In this document: positions 1 to 6,500 of the stretch, in pieces
How positions within the stretch are numbered: the stretch's first letter is position 1
Layout of the letters: every line of letters starts with the position of its first letter
Assembly (NCBI GenBank): GCA_049414405.1
Contig: JBMSAQ010000023.1
Span: 1 to 32,000, forward strand
DNA from: Candidatus Nanopusillus sp.
Lineage (GTDB): Archaea; Nanobdellota; Nanobdellia; Nanobdellales; Nanobdellaceae
Reading direction: 5' to 3'
DNA: 32,000 nt
Position numbers and translations under genes: made by a program
Notes under the pieces: generated by a model
The model's database searches: none
Told to the model about the DNA's origin: nothing
What the model saw: only the letters and a program-made list of their open reading frames with translations

Positions 1-24
1 TATTTTTATATGGATAATGAAAAA

Positions 25-32
25 TTTATATA
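25..32 (+). promoter_or_regulatory. TATA-box candidate (TTTATATA) upstream of tRNA-Lys
   Basis: Exact TTTATATA lies 30-37 nt upstream of the mature tRNA 5' end at 62. The same octamer sits about -32..-24 from three protein start codons in this window. The AT-rich background makes chance hits common. Confidence 0.35.
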
Positions 33-61
33 AAAATCATAAATATAAATTAAATATTGCT

Positions 62-135
62 GGGCCCGTAGCTTAGTCTGGTAAAGCGTCGGGCTTTTAA
101 CCCGAAGATCGGGGGTTCGAATCCCCCCGGGCCCG
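62..135 (+). tRNA. tRNA-Lys (anticodon UUU), 74 nt, no intron, no encoded CCA
   Basis: Hand-folded cloverleaf. Acceptor GGGCCCG/CGGGCCC, D arm GCTT..AAGC. Anticodon stem TCGGG/CCCGA with loop CTTTTAA. T arm GGGGG-TTCGAAT-CCCCC, discriminator G. Confidence 0.93.
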
Positions 136-177
136 GGTTCGATTATCATAAATGATTAAGGTTATTAGCAATCATAA

Positions 178-185
178 TTTTATAT
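178..185 (+). promoter_or_regulatory. TATA-box candidate for the ATG at 210
   Basis: TTTATATA at -32..-25 relative to ATG 210. This matches the spacing seen at 8435-8442 (for ATG 8466) and 20170-20177 (for ATG 20201). Confidence 0.4.
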
Positions 186-234
186 ACTACAATATCTTTT
201 AAATATATCATGAAGATAAAGAAGATATTATACT

Positions 235-1032
235 TTGACTATAATAAATTTTCTATTGTTAATTTCTGCACCTAATATATATTCACAAGTAGGAGCGGCT
301 GTTGTTGGAAGTAATAGTGCTGCAGCTAATAGTATAACGTTACCTACAGCAAATTTATATTATTGTGTTGCTTCTTCTGCTGGTTCAACTCTTACTCCAA
401 GTTTTAATATAATGGTAAATAATGGAAATTATGCAGTAATAGGAAATTCTAGTACAAATTTATGTTCATTTACTACTACAGCTACAAATCGTGTAATAGG
501 CGGAATTTCTGTAAATAACTATTCGGTTTCAGTTATTTTAGCTACTTTTACAAATACATATACTGCAACACGTACGGTAACAATTTCATTTACGGTTTCT
601 GGACAAAATAATACAGTATTAATATTATTATCTTCGGGAGGAACAAATAGAGGAGGAACTATTAGTGGAGTATCATTGCCTGCTGGATGTTCTCAATTAT
701 TTTTAACATCTTCCGGAACTGTAGCTAGTGTATATGCTGCGGTATGTAATAGATTAGCTCCGGGTACTTATAGTGTCTCATTTACTGTTAATCGTGGTCT
801 AGCATCAACAGTATATGTTTCTGCATTAGTATTGGGATTCCCAGTATTTACCTTTAATATTACAGGACCCAACAGTATAAGTGTTTATACAAATTATAGT
901 AATTCAACAACAATATATGTAAATCAACTAACAGGAAATACAGCTTTGTCCGTTAATTTATCTTGTTCAACAAATAGTAGTTATTTATATTGTTCACTAT
1001 CAAATATTACTGTACTCCAAATGCATCAGTAA
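235..1032 (+). CDS. Surface-protein fragment 1 (Ser/Thr/Asn-rich, many N-x-S/T sequons, PGTYSVSFTV motif); TTG start in the ORF track
   Basis: 265-codon ORF. The N-terminus LTIINFLLLISAPNIYSQ looks like the hydrophobic core of a signal peptide. Its charged n-region (MKIKKI) is encoded from ATG 210 in another frame. Confidence 0.6.
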   Translation: MTIINFLLLISAPNIYSQVGAAVVGSNSAAANSITLPTANLYYCVASSAGSTLTPSFNIMVNNGNYAVIGNSSTNLCSFTTTATNRVIGGISVNNYSVSVILATFTNTYTATRTVTISFTVSGQNNTVLILLSSGGTNRGGTISGVSLPAGCSQLFLTSSGTVASVYAAVCNRLAPGTYSVSFTVNRGLASTVYVSALVLGFPVFTFNITGPNSISVYTNYSNSTTIYVNQLTGNTALSVNLSCSTNSSYLYCSLSNITVLQMHQ

Positions 1033-1148
1033 CATTAACTGTTGCTGCATCATCATCAATTACTCCAGGAACATATTCAGTAACAATAACTGGTGTTGCA
1101 TTAAATGGTGCTACTAATTCTACTACTATAACGGTTAATGTACAATAA
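981..1148 (+). pseudogene. Frame-shifted continuation of fragment 1 (..CTPNASVTLTVAASSSITPGTYSVTITGVALNGATNSTTITVNVQ*)
   Basis: My translation of the frame containing ATG 210. It repeats the PGTYSV(T/S) motif of the preceding ORF, so it belongs to the same protein. Confidence 0.5.
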
Positions 1149-1315
1149 TTATATAATAATCCACAAATATATATTATATCTCCATCTAACAATTCAATAT
1201 CAAGCTATTATCAACTAAATATATCATTATTATACAAATTATCCAGAATGTAAATGTAACAATAAATGGACAGACGTATAGCATAAGTGTAACACCAGGT
1301 AATAATATTATTCAA

Positions 1316-2152
1316 TTGAATTATCAAAATTCATCATATGATTTACCAGGATTATATAATATTATATCAAATGGAGGAAATATTATAATACAATTATCAA
1401 CGTCCAATCCATTGGGACAAACAAATTCAACTGGAATATATGTTTATACATTACCTCCACCAATATTTAATGTATCATATATATATCCTACACCACCAAA
1501 TGGTACACGAGAAAATATATGGTTACTAGGAATTAATACAAATATATATGATAATACTCTAGGTCGATATTATTGTCAGATACAATTCTTAAATCAAACA
1601 AGTAATCAATGGGTAACAATAGTAAATTCATGTTCAGATATATTATATAATAAAATATTGCAACAATATGCAGTATTGTGTAGTGACGGATATTATTCCG
1701 TATGGTATAGGGTATATGCATACAATAGTTATGAATTATATCAATATATGAATCCACGAGTAATGTATATAGCTCAAAGTGCATATAATGTATCAGTAGT
1801 GAATAATACATTAAGTAATACACAAATACAAGGAATAATAAATTCCGCAATTAATAATTCAATACCAGTAGTAATATTCCCTCCAGGAGTATATTTAGTA
1901 AACTTATTAATAGATCTACAAGGTAAAAACATAACATTATTGGGACAAAATGCAATATTTGAACCTGCAAACCCAGGATTACCAGTTATAGATATAAAAT
2001 CCTTAAATGTAACAATACAAAATATAAATATTAATACAAATCTATTTGCAATAAATGCAAATAACGGAGTATTGAACATAATAAATTCAAATATAAATTC
2101 AGGATTATTTGGAATAAATGTAAAAAAATCCATCAGTAGTAAATGTATATAA
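1316..2152 (+). CDS. Surface-protein fragment (N-terminal part of a right-handed parallel beta-helix / NosD-like domain)
   Basis: The TQIQGIINSAINNSIPVVIFPPGVYLVNLLIDLQGKNITLLGQN block is typical of beta-helix (PbH1) proteins. It is followed by repeats of about 22 aa. There is no signal peptide, and the frame is open upstream to 1190. Confidence 0.6.
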   Translation: MNYQNSSYDLPGLYNIISNGGNIIIQLSTSNPLGQTNSTGIYVYTLPPPIFNVSYIYPTPPNGTRENIWLLGINTNIYDNTLGRYYCQIQFLNQTSNQWVTIVNSCSDILYNKILQQYAVLCSDGYYSVWYRVYAYNSYELYQYMNPRVMYIAQSAYNVSVVNNTLSNTQIQGIINSAINNSIPVVIFPPGVYLVNLLIDLQGKNITLLGQNAIFEPANPGLPVIDIKSLNVTIQNININTNLFAINANNGVLNIINSNINSGLFGINVKKSISSKCI

Positions 2153-2710
2153 TTCTACAATAAAGGGAAATATAGGAGGAATATCTGGTTACATACAAAA
2201 TTCAACAATAAACAATACCAATATACAATCTTCTATATAGGGTGTGTATATTAATAATCCATATAACGTAACAATAGATAATTCAAACATAAATGGACAA
2301 ATATTTGGATTATATCTTGATGGAACTGCAATAAATAATACAATTAAAGAACAGTAATATAATATCTAATATATTTGGAATAAGAATAAATAACGGAAAT
2401 AATAATATTATAATAAATAATAGGATACAATCAAACATATTTGGAATATATTTAACATCATCAGGAAATAATATAGAAAATGTTTATATAAAGGTAGGAC
2501 AAGTATTTGGATTGTATATAACTCAGCCAAATAGCATAATAAATGTAACAACATATGGTGGGTTGTTCGGATATTATTTAACTGGTAATGCGGTAAATAT
2601 ATCGCTATATAATTCACAATTAGGAATTGCAATATATGGAAGTGGATATATAAATAATTTGACAACATCTACGGGAAACGTAGACATATATTATAATAAT
2701 TCACAAGGAT
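1925..2710 (+). repeat. Tandem coding repeats of about 22-24 aa, parallel beta-helix (PbH1) type
   Basis: A recurring pattern N-x-x-I-x-N-(S/N)-x-I...(F/L)-G-(I/L)-(Y/N)-(L/I/V) occurs: FAINA, FGINV, FGLYL, FGIRI, FGIYL, FGLYI, FGYYL, IAIYG. The pattern runs across three reading frames. Confidence 0.55.
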
Positions 2711-2946
2711 TCATAAATAGTTTAAGTAGTATAATAAATAAAACAAAAGTAAATGATACGCTATATAATTATTATGCAGGTATATCAATAATAGGAACTA
2801 TAAATGGAAATATTACATTTATCAATTTGCCACCCGCTACTAATTATATTGTAGAAAGGATAGTAGCAAGTAATAGAAATATAATATCTACAAATAATAC
2901 ATTTATACCACAAGGATTTGGAAATTATCAACTATTTTATTCATAA
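2512..2946 (+). CDS. Surface-protein fragment (C-terminal beta-helix repeats); frame open from 2335
   Basis: Beta-helix repeats continue (GLFGYYLTGNAVNISLYNSQLGIAIYGSG). TTG start in the ORF track. The same frame upstream reads SNIISNIFGIRINNGNNNIIINNRIQSNIFGIYL. Confidence 0.55.
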   Translation: MYITQPNSIINVTTYGGLFGYYLTGNAVNISLYNSQLGIAIYGSGYINNLTTSTGNVDIYYNNSQGFINSLSSIINKTKVNDTLYNYYAGISIIGTINGNITFINLPPATNYIVERIVASNRNIISTNNTFIPQGFGNYQLFYS

Positions 2947-2968
2947 ATCTTTTGGATAATTTTTCTTT

Positions 2969-3760
2969 ATGAGTCTGGATACTTTAATATTGGCGGGGGG
3001 GTTTGCAAAGAGATTTAGACCATTATCAGATTATGTACCAAAACCATTATTTCCGGTAGGAGGAGTACCTTTAATATATTATATAATAGAAAAAGCATTA
3101 GAAATTGGATCAGATGAGATAATTATATCTACAAATAAAAAATATGAAAATCATTTTAGGCATATTTTAGCATCATTGTATTCTTTTTATGAACCATCTC
3201 AAATTGGAAAAATAAGATTAGTAATTGAACCATCAAATTCTGAAGAAAATAAGCTGGGATCAATTGGTGGTTTACATTATGCAATAAAAGAAATGGGTAT
3301 AAATAATAATCTATTAATATTGCTGGGAGATAATCTGTTTAGCTTTAATTTAAATAAAATAATTAAATTGGGAAATGAAAATAATTCTATAGCCTTGGCA
3401 ATATATGATATAAAAAATTATGAGGATGCAAAAAATTATGGTGTGGTAAAATTAGAAGATAATATAATAAAGGAATTTTATGAAAAATCTCAAAATCCTC
3501 CATATACCACAATATCTACCGGAATATATTATATCCCAAAAGAAAAATTATATCTATTAGATGAATATATGAAGTCTAATTATAGTAAAGATTCTATGGG
3601 AAATTTCTTCGAATATTTAATAAAAAGGGGAGAAAAATTGTATGGATATGTATATGATGATAATGAATATTGGTTTGATATTGGTACGGTAGAAGCTTAT
3701 CAAAGAGCGAATAATTTTGCAAATGAAAAAGGTTTATATAGAAGATGGATATGGCCATAA
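2969..3760 (+). CDS. Sugar-phosphate nucleotidyltransferase (NTP_transferase family)
   Basis: N-terminal LILAGGFAKRFRPLSDYVPKPLFPVGG matches the G-x-G-x-R-L...PKPL signature of glucose/mannose-1-phosphate nucleotidyltransferases. Confidence 0.85.
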   Translation: MSLDTLILAGGFAKRFRPLSDYVPKPLFPVGGVPLIYYIIEKALEIGSDEIIISTNKKYENHFRHILASLYSFYEPSQIGKIRLVIEPSNSEENKLGSIGGLHYAIKEMGINNNLLILLGDNLFSFNLNKIIKLGNENNSIALAIYDIKNYEDAKNYGVVKLEDNIIKEFYEKSQNPPYTTISTGIYYIPKEKLYLLDEYMKSNYSKDSMGNFFEYLIKRGEKLYGYVYDDNEYWFDIGTVEAYQRANNFANEKGLYRRWIWP

Positions 3761-3790
3761 ATAAAAGTTTTTCTTATAAATTATTTTTAG

Positions 3791-5566
3791 ATGATAAGAT
3801 CTCCAATAATTGTTGTTTTAGGTCATGTTGGAGCTGGCAAAACTTCTCTATTAGATAAGATTAGAAATACATCTTATGCAAAAAAAGAAGCTGGTGAAAT
3901 GACTCAACATATTGGGGCTACGGAAGTATCAATTGATATAATTAAGGAAATCTCAAAACCATTATTAAATATGTTCAAATTTGACTTAAAAATTCCCTCT
4001 CTATTATTTATTGATACCCCAGGTCATGAAGTATTTAGTAATTTAAGAAAAAGAGGAGGATCTGTTTCAGATTTAGCAATTATTGTTGTAGATATATTAG
4101 ATGGTTTTCAGAAACAAACATATGAGGCAATAGAAATATGTAAGCAATTAAAAGTACCGTTTTTAATTGCTTTAAATAAAATAGATAAAGTAGATGGGTG
4201 GAAATCATATGAAAATAAACCATTTTTAGAAAGTATAAAATACCAAGATCAAAAAATAATAAATAAATTAGAAGAGTATACATACAATATTGTAGCTAAA
4301 TTATATGAATTGGGTTTTGATTCCGATAGATATGATAGAATAAAAGATTTTAGAAGACAGGTTGCGATAGTTCCAGTTTCTTCAAAAACTGGAGAAGGTA
4401 TTCCAGATTTATTGTTATTAATTGCTGGGCTTTCTCAAAGATATTTAGAAGAAAAATTAAGAATAAATGTTGAAGGAAATGGAGTTGGAGTAACATTGGA
4501 AGTAAAGGAAGAAAAAGGTTTGGGTAGTGTAATAGATATAATATTATATGATGGTAAAATAAAGAAAGGTGATAAAATTGCATTTTTATCAAGAGATGGT
4601 ATTAAAACAACAAAAGTAAAATTAATATTAAAACCAGTACCTTTAACAGATATTAGATTCGCTGGTAGAAATAAATTTAAAGAAATAGATATTGCATATG
4701 CAGCAAGTGGTATAAGAATATCAGCAGATGGATTGGATGATGCTCTACCAGGTTCTACAGTTTATGTATATAATGATGAAAAAGAATTAAAAGAAATAGA
4801 AAAAAAATTAAAAAAAGATATTGAAAACATAATATTTCAAACTGATAAAGAAGGTATTATTGTTAAAGCAGATACTTTAGGATCTTTAGAAGTATTGGTA
4901 AAAATGTTAAAAGATAGGAATATTCCTATAAAAAAAGCAGATATAGGAGATATAAATAAGGAAGATGTAAATATAGCACTATCTATGAAAGAAAAATATC
5001 CACAATATTCTGTTATAGTCGGATTTAATATTGGGATAAATAAAAATGATGAAGAATATGTGGAATCTTCAAATATAAATTTGATAATATCAAATGTTAT
5101 ATACGATCTAATTGAAAAAATAGAGAGATATATTAACGATATAAAATATAATAAAGAAAAAATATTAAAAGGATTGCCACCAGTAGGAAAGATAAGAATA
5201 TTAAAGGGAAATATATTTAGAAGATCAAATCCTGCAATTGTTGGAATTGAAGTTTTGAAAGGAGAAATAAGGAAATATGTATATTTAATTAATTTAGATG
5301 GAAAAATAATTGGAAAAATTTTAGCAATACAAAAGGAGAAAAAGAATATAGATGTAGCTATAAAAAATGATAAAGTAGCTATATCCATAGATGATGCAAT
5401 AGTTGGAAGAAATATATTTGAAGATGACATATTATATACCTTTATATCTGAAAATGATTACAGAAAATTTAAGGAAAATAAAGATCTCTTAAGTGATGAA
5501 CAAAAAGAAATATTAAAAGAAATAGCAGGTATAATGAGAAAGGAAAATCCCGCCTGGGGGTTATAA
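3791..5566 (+). CDS. infB: Translation initiation factor aIF5B (IF-2)
   Basis: GTPase motifs GHVGAGKT, DTPGHE, NKIDK. Full-length collinearity with archaeal aIF5B down to the C-terminal ..KENPAWG tail. Confidence 0.95.
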   Translation: MIRSPIIVVLGHVGAGKTSLLDKIRNTSYAKKEAGEMTQHIGATEVSIDIIKEISKPLLNMFKFDLKIPSLLFIDTPGHEVFSNLRKRGGSVSDLAIIVVDILDGFQKQTYEAIEICKQLKVPFLIALNKIDKVDGWKSYENKPFLESIKYQDQKIINKLEEYTYNIVAKLYELGFDSDRYDRIKDFRRQVAIVPVSSKTGEGIPDLLLLIAGLSQRYLEEKLRINVEGNGVGVTLEVKEEKGLGSVIDIILYDGKIKKGDKIAFLSRDGIKTTKVKLILKPVPLTDIRFAGRNKFKEIDIAYAASGIRISADGLDDALPGSTVYVYNDEKELKEIEKKLKKDIENIIFQTDKEGIIVKADTLGSLEVLVKMLKDRNIPIKKADIGDINKEDVNIALSMKEKYPQYSVIVGFNIGINKNDEEYVESSNINLIISNVIYDLIEKIERYINDIKYNKEKILKGLPPVGKIRILKGNIFRRSNPAIVGIEVLKGEIRKYVYLINLDGKIIGKILAIQKEKKNIDVAIKNDKVAISIDDAIVGRNIFEDDILYTFISENDYRKFKENKDLLSDEQKEILKEIAGIMRKENPAWGL

Positions 5567-6034
5567 TTTTTTAATTCTACGAAATTTTCTATCATATTCT
5601 CTATTTGTAACTTCTAAAACGTGAGAAGATTTTGATAACGAAATTATGGAATCTGTATCAAAAAAATCTTTTAATATATTTTCAATACTCTCCTTATCTA
5701 TATTTATGTTTTGACCAGGTAATCTTGAATAAATTATGTTTATCGTAATATCTTTAGGGATTTTAAAAAAATGTAAAGGCTCTAATTTTAATAAATTAAA
5801 TATATTAAATTTTTTATTTGAGAAAAAAGAGAAAAATAATGGAAAATTATCGATAAAAGTTCTTGGAATAAATCCAAAATAGAACGGATATGATACTTTT
5901 AAATTTATGTAAGTATTTATATTCAAATCAAAATCTATTACATTTATTGCATTTGTATCTGGCAAATTTAATATTATTCCATTAAAAAAGTTTGGAAATT
6001 CATCACTTTGTTCGATATGTAACAATTCTCTCAT
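5561..6034 (-). CDS. Inorganic-pyrophosphatase-like protein lacking the acidic catalytic residues (157 aa from ATG 6034)
   Basis: SYPFYFGFIPRT matches the family I PPase block YPxNYGFIPxT. The following D-G-D-P-L-D-V signature position reads DNFPLFF. Start moved to ATG 6034 because the track's 6175 start overlaps rps6e. A TATA-like tract lies 23-32 nt upstream of 6034. Confidence 0.5.
   Translation of the reverse strand: MRELLHIEQSDEFPNFFNGIILNLPDTNAINVIDFDLNINTYINLKVSYPFYFGFIPRTFIDNFPLFFSFFSNKKFNIFNLLKLEPLHFFKIPKDITINIIYSRLPGQNINIDKESIENILKDFFDTDSIISLSKSSHVLEVTNREYDRKFRRIKKL
5567..5572 (+). terminator. Oligo-T tract (T6) immediately after the aIF5B stop
   Basis: TTTTTT starts 1 nt after TAA 5564-5566. 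Archaeal RNA polymerase terminates at oligo-T. The tract lies inside the convergent gene. Confidence 0.35.
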
Positions 6035-6107
6035 AATAAATTTAAGATATTTTGTTATATAAAAATTTTCATTAAAAAATAAAAATATTTTCCTAAATTG
6101 ATATAAA

Positions 6108-6500
6108 ATGGTAAATAAGAGAAAAGAAATTATATTTAAAGTTGTAGTATCAGATCCGAAGACTGGAAAATCCATTCAGGTGCAAACAAAAGATGAATCT
6201 TTAATAGGTAAAAAAATTGGGGATATAATTGATGGATCAATAGTTAATTTAGACGGATATAAATTAAAGATAACTGGTGGCTCTGGATTCGAAGGTGCCC
6301 CAATGGTAAGTTATGTTGAAGGAATGAATAAAAAATATGTGTGGTGGTATGATAAAAGTAAAAAGGTAAGAGTTAAAAAATTGGTTAGGGGGAATATTAT
6401 CTCTCCAGAAATTGTACAAATAAATACCAAAATAGAAGAATACGGAAATAGAGATTTTAATCAATTATATGAAGAATTTAAATCTCAAAAATCTCAATGA
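6108..6500 (+). CDS. rps6e: 30S ribosomal protein S6e
   Basis: FKVVVSDPKTGKS..LIGKKIGD.IDGS...L.GYKLKITGGS and RGN.ISPEIVQ.N are hallmark eS6 blocks. Confidence 0.92.
   Translation: MVNKRKEIIFKVVVSDPKTGKSIQVQTKDESLIGKKIGDIIDGSIVNLDGYKLKITGGSGFEGAPMVSYVEGMNKKYVWWYDKSKKVRVKKLVRGNIISPEIVQINTKIEEYGNRDFNQLYEEFKSQKSQ

Larger units (their letters stand above)
210..2946 (+). pseudogene. Disrupted locus for one (or two) large secreted, sequon-rich surface protein(s): signal peptide, Ser/Thr/Asn-rich Ig-like modules (PGTYSV motif) and a NosD-like parallel beta-helix
   Basis: Homologous-looking protein sequence continues across five frame switches (windows 220-275, 981-1032, 1190-1253, 2124-2152, 2335-2357). 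It also continues across two in-frame stops (TAA 1146-1148, TAG 2238-2240). Only the first piece has a signal peptide. Confidence 0.5.

Noticed and set aside
128-150. GGGTTCGATT immediately after tRNA-Lys, resembling a second T-loop; considered as a duplicated tRNA 3' end or att site, or as a split-tRNA half
   Set aside because: It matches only about 8 nt of the real T-arm. No complementary stem and no matching distal repeat were found in the window, and there is no integrase.
2238-2240. In-frame TAG (and TAA 1146-1148) as programmed read-through or pyrrolysine
   Set aside because: No Pyl machinery is in view, and the lineage is not known to use it. TAG is used as an ordinary stop elsewhere (the MBL gene). 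The stops co-occur with five frameshifts in the same locus, which fits decay better than recoding.
235-2946. A diversity-generating retroelement target (DGRs are known in nanoarchaeal/DPANN genomes) as the explanation for the odd surface-protein locus
   Set aside because: There is no reverse transcriptase in the window. I could not see a template/variable repeat pair with A-specific differences. The repeats present are ordinary beta-helix coding repeats. A dot-plot or self-BLAST plus an RT search of the whole genome would settle it.
4837-5430. 197-aa ORF antisense to aIF5B, plus the other track ORFs antisense to confident genes: 1007-1192, 1533-1850, 1774-2133, 2408-2668, 4080-4283, 4350-4592, 6264-6464, 6535-6717, 7371-7601, 7399-7638, 9098-9295, 10049-10231, 13131-13430, 13571-13786, 14465-14695, 18348-18566, 19732-19974, 21345-21542, 22182-22400, 23503-23700, 25203-25418, 29085-29279, 29218-29403
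   Set aside because: Each lies wholly inside a well-supported gene on the other strand. Their products are low-complexity F/L/I/S/Y strings, as expected from the complement of Lys/Glu/Asn/Ile-rich codons. None has a recognisable motif or promoter.
6035-6175. N-terminal extension of the minus-strand ORF 5561-6175
   Set aside because: It overlaps the rps6e start and the shared promoter region, and it encodes hydrophobic junk. An internal ATG at 6034 has a TATA-like tract at proper distance.
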